Of a DNA stretch of 49,724 nt, positions 1 through 8,628 are shown one piece after another. The stretch lies in contig JAFCCJ010000002.1 in the NCBI GenBank assembly GCA_017610305.1, positions 1-49,724 on the forward strand, read 5' to 3'. The DNA is from Candidatus Iainarchaeum sp. (GTDB lineage: Archaea; Iainarchaeota; Iainarchaeia; Iainarchaeales; JAFCCJ01). Under the pieces are notes generated by a model, which was not told the DNA's origin, did no database searches, and worked only from the letters and a program-made list of their open reading frames with translations. Numbering within the stretch: position 1 is the stretch's first letter; each line of letters starts with the position of its first letter. The position numbers and the translations under genes were made by a program.

Positions 1-188
1 TTGGTGGTAAGAACTCCTTTTGGAATCTTTACATCCCTCTTTCTTTTGATGTTCCTGTCAACAACTGCCGCAAGCTCAAAATCAATTCCTGTGCGTTTTT
101 TCAGAAATGCCCTTTTCTCAAGAAGGACTTTTGCGACCCCTGTCCCTACAGTTCCCAGGCCAATAAGGCCAACTTTGATTTTTTTCAT
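1..188 (-). CDS. hom: Homoserine dehydrogenase, N-terminal fragment (gene runs off the window's left edge)
   Basis: The reverse strand from ATG (complement of 186-188) translates to MKKIKVGLIGLGTVGTGVAKVLLEKRAFLKKRTGIDFELAAVVDRN... This is a typical homoserine dehydrogenase NAD-binding N-terminus (GLGTVG loop). It is not in the ORF track because it is short and partial. Confidence 0.6.
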   Translation of the reverse strand, partial: MKKIKVGLIGLGTVGTGVAKVLLEKRAFLKKRTGIDFELAAVVDRNIKRKRDVKIPKGVLTT

Positions 189-299
189 TTTAACCAAGCC
201 AATTGTCATGCAAACGTTTTTAATAAATAGGCAAGGCACCACTAAACCCGCAAAACAAGATTTAAAATAACTTTCCCGCTACATCTGAAAGGTGATTTA

Positions 300-614
300 A
301 TGTCAATGAAAATGATAGCTCCTATAGTAGGCGGTTTGATTGCGGCAGTCATTGGTGTTATAATTGTGATATTCGGAATTGTTGCGATTTTCTTCTTTGC
401 AATAATTGGTGCGCTTGTTGGCGCAGTAACCGGATTCATCCTTTCAATTACCCCTTTCTTGGGAGGGTTGGTTGTTGAAGGGTTTGCACAAGTGGGTGTT
501 GGGAATGCAAATCTCGCAGCAATTGGAGCAATGCTCGGGTTTATTGCAGGTTTCTTTAAATCAGTGGTAAAGCACGAGAAAAGTTCAGATGGAAAAGGGG
601 ACTGGGGCTGCTGA
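300..614 (+). CDS. Small Gly/Ala/Ile-rich integral membrane protein, function unknown
   Basis: 104-aa ORF that is almost entirely hydrophobic (about 3 TM segments). AGGTGA lies 6-11 nt upstream of the ATG. Confidence 0.6.
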   Translation: MSMKMIAPIVGGLIAAVIGVIIVIFGIVAIFFFAIIGALVGAVTGFILSITPFLGGLVVEGFAQVGVGNANLAAIGAMLGFIAGFFKSVVKHEKSSDGKGDWGC

Positions 615-639
615 AACGCCCTTTTATTCTTTCTTCAAT

Positions 640-1221
640 TCATTCAATAAGTTCTTTTTTGAGGATTATTTTATTTGTTAGTCCATAATTGTGTTTTTCT
701 ATTACGCCCTTATCCTCGAGTTTTTTTATTGCCCTATGAACCTGCACTTTGGTCAAACCTGATTCCTTTGCGAGTTGTGATTGGGTTAATTCATAATTGA
801 ATTTTTTCAGGGTTTCAATCAGGGCCTTTTCATCAGGGAGGAGCAGACTGTCCACAGTCTGTTTTTTTATGCTCTTTATTTCCTTCTCCCTTACTAAACT
901 CAAAATTGTTATTCCTGCTAACAATGCTATTATGCCGCTCCCCAAAAAGGTCAGCAAAAGAGGGGAAGTGATGAGTTGTATTGGGTCGAATGGAGGCCTC
1001 ATAAAGGGCATTCCGCGGGAACCATCTCCCTTCTGCAAATTGTTCAAATCCCCAATACCATTCTGAAGCGATTCATTATGAAGTCCCCCACCAGGCATCC
1101 AAATTGAAGCATAAATTAGAAATAAGCTCATAATAATTGCAAAGCCCCCATATAGGAAACATAAAATCATTACAGTAACATATCTCTTTTTCGCTTTAAA
1201 AATAGTTTCAGTTGGTTTCAT
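640..1221 (-). CDS. Membrane-anchored winged-helix (MarR/ArsR-like) transcriptional regulator
   Basis: 193 aa with two TM segments. The C-terminal wHTH reads LTQSQLAKESGLTKVQVHRAIKKLEDKGVIEK. It is divergent from the ABC operon. Confidence 0.65.
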   Translation of the reverse strand: MKPTETIFKAKKRYVTVMILCFLYGGFAIIMSLFLIYASIWMPGGGLHNESLQNGIGDLNNLQKGDGSRGMPFMRPPFDPIQLITSPLLLTFLGSGIIALLAGITILSLVREKEIKSIKKQTVDSLLLPDEKALIETLKKFNYELTQSQLAKESGLTKVQVHRAIKKLEDKGVIEKHNYGLTNKIILKKELIE

Positions 1222-1324
1222 GTTTCATCACGTTTCAATGACCATTATAAACAAAATACTATTGTTTCAAGTGGTTACAAGTAATACTATTAATTGTTGC
1301 GAAGTCATTTAATACTATGCAAAG

Positions 1325-2038
1325 GTGTTTCAATTGAAAAAAAGTGTTTTGGAACTAAGAGATATTTGGAAAATCTACAAAATGGGTTCTGTTGAGGTTC
1401 CGGCATTGAAAGGAGTAAACATGAATATTCGGGAAGGGGAATTTGTTGCTGTTGTTGGCTCATCAGGCTCGGGAAAATCCACTGCACTGAACATGATGGG
1501 GGCACTGGACGAACCAACCAAAGGAAATATTCTGCTTGATGGGATTGATATTACGCAGTTCCCTGAATCAAAACTTGCAAGGATAAGGGGGAGAAAGATA
1601 GGTTTTGTGTTCCAGGTTTTCAACCTTTACCCTACCTTAAGTATTTTTGAAAATATTGCGCTCCCTATGAGAATTCACGAATTTGATGGGAAAGAAATTA
1701 AGAGCAAGGTAATGGATTTGATATATAGGGTTGGTTTGGAGCACAGGGTCGGCCACATCCCTTCAGAACTTTCTGGGGGGGAAAGGCAGAGGGTGGCAAT
1801 TGCAAGGGCGCTTTCGGCATCACCCTCAATGGTTCTGGCAGATGAGCCAACAGGAAACCTTGACACCAAAACCGGCAAGGAAATAATGAAACTTTTCACG
1901 GACCTTCACAAAAAAGAGGGCAAAACAATTGTTGTTGTTACCCACGAGCAGGATATTGCGGAATATGCCGAAAGGGTCATTACATTAAAGGATGGAGAAA
2001 TTGTTTCAATGGAAAAAAATAAAACTGGAGGGATTTAA
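1325..2038 (+). CDS. ABC transporter ATP-binding protein, MacB/LolD (COG1136-like) type
   Basis: Walker A GSSGSGKST, Q-loop, signature LSGGERQRVAIARAL, Walker B MVLADEPTGNLD and H-loop VTHE. GTG start. Confidence 0.9.
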   Translation: MFQLKKSVLELRDIWKIYKMGSVEVPALKGVNMNIREGEFVAVVGSSGSGKSTALNMMGALDEPTKGNILLDGIDITQFPESKLARIRGRKIGFVFQVFNLYPTLSIFENIALPMRIHEFDGKEIKSKVMDLIYRVGLEHRVGHIPSELSGGERQRVAIARALSASPSMVLADEPTGNLDTKTGKEIMKLFTDLHKKEGKTIVVVTHEQDIAEYAERVITLKDGEIVSMEKNKTGGI

Positions 2039-3501
2039 TGAGTAAAAAAATAATTTCAACAATATGTCTAGTAATAATGGCATTAACTTTATTGCCAACA
2101 GTTAGCGCAGCAACAGATTATGGTTTCCTTACGGAAATCACTTCCACAAGTTTTCTGCCTTCAACAATTCATGCAGGGAATGTTGTGAGTCTGGCAATCG
2201 ATGTCAGAAACAGGGGAACGGTTATATCAATTAAAGACTTGACTGCCACCCTTGATATCGGAAATCAATTTGAGGCGGTAGAGTTAACCGACAAGATTGA
2301 ACTCATTGAATCAGAGGCAACAAAAACAATTGTGTTTAAATTCAGAGTTAGGGGGGATACTCTCCCCGGTTATTATCCGGCTTCCCTGACTTTAACCTAT
2401 TTACGGGATGGTGATGAGGTTGTTGAAAAACAGACGGTTACTGTCGCAGTTACAAAAACAGAAAAAAATATTGATGTGGTAATTGAGCCCAGGATAATAA
2501 ACCCTGGAAAGCAGACTGAATTAATTTTTACATTGGAAAATATTGGTGGAACGCCGATATCAAACATCTCCTTCTCATGGGAAGAGGAAGATGATTTAGT
2601 GCTTCCTTTAGGTTCTGACAATAAGAGATATATATCTCTCTTGGGAGCTAATGAATCAAAAGAGATTTCATATACTGTGGCAGCAGACCCCAATATCTCC
2701 CCTGGAATTTATCCCTTGGAGGTAAGCATGGTCTTCACAGATGTCAATGGGACTGAAACACAAACTTCGCGAGTGGGATTGCTGATTGGCGGCAAAACCG
2801 ATTTTGAGGTAAGTGCGGAGATTCTGGACAGTGGCCAGCTTTCATTAAGCATTGCAAACATCGGCTCAAACAATGCAGATGCTGTTGTTGTGAGGATTCC
2901 GCAACAGGCGGGGGTTAACATCAGCGGAAGCAATGTTGAGATTCTGGGGAATTTGAATAAGGGCGATTTCACCCTTGCAAATTTCAATATGGGGCAAACA
3001 AGAACCACTGAGAATACAAACCAGGGAATGGGTGTTAGGTTTCCGGGCAGCAGGATGGTTTCAACATCAAATGGGGAATCATCTGATGATAAGCTTCAGC
3101 CATCAAATAACGGCCTCACTTCCAGCAAACTCTTAATTGAAATAGATTACACCGACACAACAGGAGAAAGGCAAAGTGTTGAGAAAACTGTCCAGCTTAA
3201 TTCAGGTGCAGGCACATACGCGACAGGCGGAACTATTAATGGGGCACATGCCGAAGGGGCCGGCATTTTATCATTAGTTCCCTGGGTTTTGCTGGTGTTG
3301 ATTGTTGGGGCCGCGGTTGCATTCAACATTCTAAAGGTAAAAAGAGACTGGAAAAAGTTGGGTGTAGTTCTGGCAGGAATTGCGGCACTTTTTATTGTGG
3401 CGATTTTCCTGCTGCAATCAGATTTGTTTGTTGTTTTGATTGCGGCAGCTGCATCAATAGCCGGGCTTGCATGGTTTTTCCTTAAAACCAAGGACAAGTG
3501 A
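2038..3501 (+). CDS. Secreted S-layer/CARDB-like beta-sandwich repeat protein with C-terminal TM anchors (archaeal COG1361-like partner of MacB-type ABC systems)
   Basis: Signal peptide (LLPTVSAATDY). Repeated segments of about 100 aa read like CARDB/S-layer domains. The C-terminal region is hydrophobic. The start overlaps the upstream stop (TAATG). Confidence 0.6.
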   Translation: MSKKIISTICLVIMALTLLPTVSAATDYGFLTEITSTSFLPSTIHAGNVVSLAIDVRNRGTVISIKDLTATLDIGNQFEAVELTDKIELIESEATKTIVFKFRVRGDTLPGYYPASLTLTYLRDGDEVVEKQTVTVAVTKTEKNIDVVIEPRIINPGKQTELIFTLENIGGTPISNISFSWEEEDDLVLPLGSDNKRYISLLGANESKEISYTVAADPNISPGIYPLEVSMVFTDVNGTETQTSRVGLLIGGKTDFEVSAEILDSGQLSLSIANIGSNNADAVVVRIPQQAGVNISGSNVEILGNLNKGDFTLANFNMGQTRTTENTNQGMGVRFPGSRMVSTSNGESSDDKLQPSNNGLTSSKLLIEIDYTDTTGERQSVEKTVQLNSGAGTYATGGTINGAHAEGAGILSLVPWVLLVLIVGAAVAFNILKVKRDWKKLGVVLAGIAALFIVAIFLLQSDLFVVLIAAAASIAGLAWFFLKTKDK

Positions 3502-3507
3502 TAAAAA

Positions 3508-4737
3508 TTGAAACTAAAGGATTCCTTCCAGCTATCCCTAAACAATATTTTCCACAGGAAGTTGAGAGCATGGTTAACGCTGCTGGGCATAATCATAGGT
3601 GTTGCGGCAGTGGTTTCCATTGTTTCAATAGGGGAGGGGGCCTCCGCAAGCGTATCTGAAAATTTCTCCAGTTTTGGGGCAGACGTAATAACAATCACCC
3701 CTGGTTTCAGCAGCGCAGGCTCTTTTAGGGGTCCGGGAAGTGGGGGGCATGCCTCTTCTTTCAGCAATACTCCTGCAACTTCCACAGAAGAACCTGAACT
3801 CGGGAAACTGGATTTAGTTATAATTAAGGGCAATCCAAATGTGCAGCATACCAATGAAATTGTATCAGGGAGAGGTGATTTAGTTTTTCTGGCAGAACAA
3901 ATTACTGCCAGCATTCAGGGAGTTAACCCAACCACCTGGCCGGAAACTGATAACCTTGAACTTGAATCAGGAAGGCTGTTGGGTGCGAGCGATTCTTCGG
4001 TGGTGGTTATTGGAAATACAATTGCAAACGGGGTATTCAAGCAACCGATAACTGTTGGGAGGAGAATTACACTTGAGGATGTGCCATTTACTGTTGTCGG
4101 CATATTGGAGGAGGGAATAAGTGGTTCAACTGTCTTTATGCCATATAGGAGTGCATGGGATGTGACCGATGTGGAAAAAAATACATATTCCTCAATAAAG
4201 GCAAAAGTGAAGAATGAGGAAATTACTGAAGAAACTGTGGCAGAACTTACAGAGGCCTTAATGCTTTCCAGGAAGGTTACTGAAAGGGACCAGGATTTTA
4301 CTGTGAGTTCATTCCTAGCTTTGCAGGAACAGATAAATGAGGTTCTCGGAACATTGACCTTATTTTTGGCCGCAATTGCCGCAGTTTCCCTAATTGTTGG
4401 TGCTGTTGGAATTGCAAACAGCATGTTTACTTCAGTTCTGGAGAAAACCAAGGAGATAGGAATTATGAAGGCTTTGGGATCAACTGATGGGGAAATAATG
4501 GAACTTTTTGTGATTGAATCAGGGTTGTTTGGTTTTATTGGTGGGGGGCTTGGCGTAATTTTGGGGGTGGGCGGTTATCTTTTGCTGTCAATTTTTGTCG
4601 GATTAAATACGTTTGTGTCAATTGAACTAATGGCAATTGCAATGGTACTTTCAACAGTAATTGGCGTGGTTTCCGGTTTACTGCCTGCAAGGGCTGCATC
4701 GAAATTAAAGCCGATAGAAGCCCTGAGATATGAATAA
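3508..4737 (+). CDS. ABC transporter permease, FtsX/MacB family
   Basis: N-terminal TM, a large extracytoplasmic domain, then a C-terminal 3-TM FtsX-like module (KEIGIMKALGSTDGEI... PARAASKLKPIEALRYE). TTG start. Confidence 0.85.
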   Translation: MKLKDSFQLSLNNIFHRKLRAWLTLLGIIIGVAAVVSIVSIGEGASASVSENFSSFGADVITITPGFSSAGSFRGPGSGGHASSFSNTPATSTEEPELGKLDLVIIKGNPNVQHTNEIVSGRGDLVFLAEQITASIQGVNPTTWPETDNLELESGRLLGASDSSVVVIGNTIANGVFKQPITVGRRITLEDVPFTVVGILEEGISGSTVFMPYRSAWDVTDVEKNTYSSIKAKVKNEEITEETVAELTEALMLSRKVTERDQDFTVSSFLALQEQINEVLGTLTLFLAAIAAVSLIVGAVGIANSMFTSVLEKTKEIGIMKALGSTDGEIMELFVIESGLFGFIGGGLGVILGVGGYLLLSIFVGLNTFVSIELMAIAMVLSTVIGVVSGLLPARAASKLKPIEALRYE

Positions 4738-4759
4738 AGTCCGGTTTTCTTTCGCAGGA

Positions 4760-4775
4760 CAAGGTTTTAATATAA
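4760..4775 (+). promoter_or_regulatory. BRE/TATA-like 16-mer CAAGGTTTTAATATAA (copy 1)
   Basis: Identical 16-mer to 5297-5312. It lies in the 149-nt gap after the ABC permease gene. Confidence 0.4.
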
Positions 4776-4886
4776 ATATTCGCTGTAAAAACAAGTATGC
4801 CTAGCCCCTTTATATTCGAGTTATACAAAATCTTTGAAGTTTAGGAAAAGGAATGTATAAATAGCAGTTTAATATACATTTAGAAT

Positions 4887-5264
4887 ATGAAAACCAGATT
4901 CATGATTCTTGCCATTGCAGCCATGCTGGCGTTAACTGGCTGTATTGATGGGGACAGAATTGTTGGGGAAGTAGAACTTGAAGGTACAATTCTTTGCAAG
5001 AGCTGGGAAAAAACACATGAAAGTTATTGTGCACAAGGGAGTGATTACTTCACCCTGGACACTGGAGATGGGGAAAAAGTCCTGAAATTTTCAGAGAATT
5101 TGTATAATTATTGCAGTCAAAATGTCAGGATTTCAGCAAATGAATTGTTAAGGACTATTGAATGTCCTGAGGATTCTGTTTCCCAATGCGCAGTTCAGCC
5201 TGGGCAAGAAGGATTTGTATGCACTATTTACGATGTGCTTGAAATTTCCCCAGGAATTGGCTAA
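4887..5264 (+). CDS. Small secreted Cys-rich putative lipoprotein
   Basis: Signal peptide ending in the lipobox-like LALTGC. Six further cysteines. TATA-like TGTATAAATAG lies about 25-35 nt upstream. Confidence 0.6.
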   Translation: MKTRFMILAIAAMLALTGCIDGDRIVGEVELEGTILCKSWEKTHESYCAQGSDYFTLDTGDGEKVLKFSENLYNYCSQNVRISANELLRTIECPEDSVSQCAVQPGQEGFVCTIYDVLEISPGIG

Positions 5265-5296
5265 AAATACAGGAGGAATATTGTTTTTACATGGGG

Positions 5297-5312
5297 CAAG
5301 GTTTTAATATAA
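5297..5312 (+). promoter_or_regulatory. BRE/TATA-like 16-mer CAAGGTTTTAATATAA (copy 2), about 26 nt upstream of ATG 5338
   Basis: Exact repeat of 4760-4775. The spacing fits an archaeal promoter driving a leaderless or short-leader mRNA. Confidence 0.45.
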
Positions 5313-5337
5313 GTTTTTGCTAATTATAACGGTTAAA

Positions 5338-6873
5338 ATGTATGATGAAGGCAAAGATAAGTATGATTCTCCCAGTATGGGTGGGGATGATATTGAATTT
5401 GAGGATGAGAGCCCTTTAGGGCAGGCATCTGAGATTGGCGGACAGATTGCCGATAAGGCTGTTCCTCTACTTAAGAAATTCTGGCCCCTGATTCTTATTG
5501 CAATTATTGTTCTTGTTGTGGGGTTTTTCCTGTATTCATTCTTCATAGGCGATATGAGGAATGTCACTATTTCGGTGGTAGATACTGAAGGGGATGAGAT
5601 TTCAACAAGCATTGCTACAATAACTGATTCAGGCGGGAATTCTGTCGGGGAAATTAAGAACGGTAGCGGAACAATTTCACTAAGGCAGGGCAATACTTAC
5701 GATGCAGAAGCCGGTGCACCAACATACAAAACAGAGATCGGAAAATCATTCACTGTTTCAGGTAACGAAGACTGGGAAATTGCGCTGGAAAAAGACCTTG
5801 ATTTGGAACTGGAACTACAAGGAGCCGAACCAACAAGCTTTGCGACAGGCGAAACCAAAGTAATTCCGGTTACTGTAATTAACAACACATCGAGGGAGCA
5901 AAACATAAGGTTGGTTGTGGATGGGGCACTTGGCAAGGCCACCTCTTCGATAGAGCTTGTGCGCGAGAATAATGAAACTGTTACTGTGGTTCCTGTCGGG
6001 AGCCTTGATGCGGCAATTAATTTAACAATTGACTCAAAGGCAGATGCAGATGATGATATTGATGGCGCCATAAGGATTAAAGGCCTGGACAATTCAAATG
6101 CTAAGATAAAAATCAGTGGCGCGGAAATTATTGAGTTTGATAGCGGGGATTTTGACACGGATGCTAGGATTAATTTCTCGACTGTGGATGCTGGAACCAG
6201 AAATGTTGAAAAGGAATTCAAGATTGAAAATAAATCAAGAGATTTTACAATAACCGATATCTCCTTCAGCCTTAACATATCAAACGATATGACAAACAAC
6301 ACCAAGGAGGAAATAAGGAGCTGGTTTAGTTTCTCCCCGGAAAGCATTGAGCAATTGGCGCCCGGAACCGAAAGAACCGTTAAAGTTCTCCTCAATATTC
6401 CTGTGAAAGTGACCATTGCCGAAAATCAGGACACTGAATCGGTCGACGGGGAGCTAGTGGTGAATTCAGGAATTGGCACAAGGGCGCTGAACATAAACCT
6501 TAAAGTCAGGCCTGTGAGGGTTAATCTCGATCTAACAGGCCTTGATTCAAGCTATAAGATAAACAAGGTGGAGGGCAGTTATCCAACAAAAATTGACACT
6601 CTAATCGTGAACAACAAGAGTGAAGTTAGTGTTGAACTTATTAGCCTCATCCCTAATTGCGATGGCACATCCCACCAATGGATTGACTTATCAAGCGATG
6701 AATTTGATTTGGGTCCGGGAGACAAGAAGACTATCAAGATGATAATTGATGTGCCTCCGACAGAGGAAAATGACACAAAGTTATGTAACATAATAATGCA
6801 GTACTTTGATCCTGTAAGAACCGGAGTAAGGATTCCGGAAACACACGATTTCACTATAGAAATAGGCGGATAA
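5338..6873 (+). CDS. Type II membrane-anchored extracellular protein with repeated beta-sandwich (CARDB/adhesin-like) segments
   Basis: The ORF opens at 5317 (TTG), but the ATG at 5338 lies about 26 nt after a TATA-like motif. It has an acidic N-terminus, one TM segment (ILIAIIVLVVGFFLYSFFI), then about 440 aa rich in T/N/D/E/I with NxT/S sites. Confidence 0.6.
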   Translation: MYDEGKDKYDSPSMGGDDIEFEDESPLGQASEIGGQIADKAVPLLKKFWPLILIAIIVLVVGFFLYSFFIGDMRNVTISVVDTEGDEISTSIATITDSGGNSVGEIKNGSGTISLRQGNTYDAEAGAPTYKTEIGKSFTVSGNEDWEIALEKDLDLELELQGAEPTSFATGETKVIPVTVINNTSREQNIRLVVDGALGKATSSIELVRENNETVTVVPVGSLDAAINLTIDSKADADDDIDGAIRIKGLDNSNAKIKISGAEIIEFDSGDFDTDARINFSTVDAGTRNVEKEFKIENKSRDFTITDISFSLNISNDMTNNTKEEIRSWFSFSPESIEQLAPGTERTVKVLLNIPVKVTIAENQDTESVDGELVVNSGIGTRALNINLKVRPVRVNLDLTGLDSSYKINKVEGSYPTKIDTLIVNNKSEVSVELISLIPNCDGTSHQWIDLSSDEFDLGPGDKKTIKMIIDVPPTEENDTKLCNIIMQYFDPVRTGVRIPETHDFTIEIGG

Positions 6874-6877
6874 ACTT

Positions 6878-8542
6878 TCATTTCTGCTTTTCTTTTTTTA
6901 AAGTGCCCTTTGCATTTAGTTTAGCGGTTACTTTCTCCAAACGCGTCTGGGCTTCCAGGGACATTTTTTTGAATTCAACCTCGTTTAATCTTCTCTTGTA
7001 AAAATCAATCTCAATCTTTTTCAGCAACGCTTTCATGGTTGCTTGCTCTTCCTTTAATTCATCAATTGTTTCCGCCTTTTTCTTTCTTAAAACCATTACC
7101 CATATCATGAATGTGAAAAGGGCAAGAACCACAAACATTGCAATTATTATTAAAATCATGTCTATGCCTCCTCCTTCTCCTGTTTTCCCATTGGGGCCTG
7201 GACCGACTATTGTGCCCTCAGGAAGGATTTCCACAGAAACATAATCATTCTCGAGATTAAGGCCTTCAACCGCAAACTCCAGATCATGCCTTCCCTCCCC
7301 CAAAGAGAGCAGGTCAAACTCCGCAACATATGCGTCCTCCTCCGCATTCCACACAAATTCGACAGAGATATCATTCACTGTTCCGCTGTAACTGCCCCCC
7401 TCAAGCTTTCCATTTTCGTTGTAGTAGAAATTTACCTCAATCTCGTTTTCTAACTCATCCAGGGCCACCATATCCATTGGATACTGATTGTCCAAATGCA
7501 CCTTGTTTGAAACCTCAAGTTCAAGAATTTGATATACTGTAACATCCCTTCCTGAAACAGTGGCTGTTGCAAGGGCAATATATGTCATCTTTCCCCCTTC
7601 CTCCATTGAGGGGGTCTTTTCCACGCATTCATATGCCGCCTTTTCCCCTTCATCACTCACTTTCTGGCATTCCCTCCTGTTTTCCAAATCCCGGGTATCT
7701 GTAATCTGAACAGATTCATTCTCCACATCATCGCCCTTTTGCAGTTCTATCACAAAGGCATAATCCATATCGTGGAAAAGCCTTGTGTAGGAGGAAAGGC
7801 CCTTTGTTTTTACTCTCAGTGAATCGTGCTCCTTCTCAACCATTATGTCCTTTCTGATGCTGTTTGCCTCGTTGTTGAATTCGTCCCTGATATTATACAT
7901 CTCAAATTCCAGCCTGCCAAAGCCTTCCCGCAGGAACTGCTCATTCAGCTCAATCTTATAATTAAGTTCGGCAACAAGCGAGCCGTCCTCCTCTGTTAAA
8001 TTCAGCCTGCCGCTGTCCATCCCAATCCTGTACCCAGGGTCCACAAGATTCTCAAGGGGGACTTTTGAACCGTCGGGATAGGATACATCGATTCTTATCT
8101 TTTCTATTGTTGAACCAAGGTAGTAGGGTCCTGGGGGAATGAATTCTGCATCCGCCATAAGCTCAAGAGAGACAAAGTTGACCGGAATTTCCTCCTGGCT
8201 GTCAATCCCCATCCCTCCGATGTCTGCCCTTGCAAATACATTTATCCGCAATCCACTAATTTCCTGGCTTGTTTCTATTTGCCCTTCATAATTTCCAGCA
8301 TCATTCAGCGTAAGCTCAATGTCCATTACGCCGCCGCCTGTGCCCCAGCTGCCGACAACCATCTTGTGCTGCGCCCCTTCGGGAAAGGTTATTTCCACCT
8401 CAACTTCAATTGTATCCCCTTTCTCAAACCTTACGCCCCTTTCGGGCTTAATGAATTCTATCCCAATTTCGGAATCCTGGGCAAAGGCACAGCTGAGCAA
8501 TAAAAGCAGGCATAGCAGGGCTAGTATGTATTTGGGGTTCAT
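6878..8542 (-). CDS. Secreted surface protein with C-terminal TM anchor and cytoplasmic coiled-coil tail
   Basis: Signal peptide (LLLLSCAFAQD), an ectodomain of about 440 aa, a TM segment (ILIIIAMFVVLALFTFMIWVMVL), then a K/E-rich coiled-coil tail. Confidence 0.65.
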   Translation of the reverse strand: MNPKYILALLCLLLLLSCAFAQDSEIGIEFIKPERGVRFEKGDTIEVEVEITFPEGAQHKMVVGSWGTGGGVMDIELTLNDAGNYEGQIETSQEISGLRINVFARADIGGMGIDSQEEIPVNFVSLELMADAEFIPPGPYYLGSTIEKIRIDVSYPDGSKVPLENLVDPGYRIGMDSGRLNLTEEDGSLVAELNYKIELNEQFLREGFGRLEFEMYNIRDEFNNEANSIRKDIMVEKEHDSLRVKTKGLSSYTRLFHDMDYAFVIELQKGDDVENESVQITDTRDLENRRECQKVSDEGEKAAYECVEKTPSMEEGGKMTYIALATATVSGRDVTVYQILELEVSNKVHLDNQYPMDMVALDELENEIEVNFYYNENGKLEGGSYSGTVNDISVEFVWNAEEDAYVAEFDLLSLGEGRHDLEFAVEGLNLENDYVSVEILPEGTIVGPGPNGKTGEGGGIDMILIIIAMFVVLALFTFMIWVMVLRKKKAETIDELKEEQATMKALLKKIEIDFYKRRLNEVEFKKMSLEAQTRLEKVTAKLNAKGTLKKEKQK

Positions 8543-8628
8543 TAACGTAAAGAATAGCTTTTCTGATTTATATATTTTTGCAATATGAGTTAACTTCGCA
8601 TAATAACTGCTTAAGGCCTGATTACTGG

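Noticed and set aside
1-270. The 89-aa + strand ORF at the window start.
   Set aside because: It has a low-complexity hydrophobic/Arg-rich translation. The opposite strand gives a clean homoserine dehydrogenase N-terminus with an ATG at 186-188, so the + ORF is the antisense shadow.
3147-3914. The 255-aa minus-strand ORF spanning the junction of the S-layer-like and FtsX genes.
   Set aside because: It is antisense to two well-supported, motif-bearing genes. Its translation is Ser/Pro/Ala-rich with no motifs.
5697-6416. The 239-aa minus-strand ORF inside the 5338-6873 gene.
   Set aside because: It is an antisense shadow ORF with Ser/Leu-rich composition. It has no start context and no independent support.
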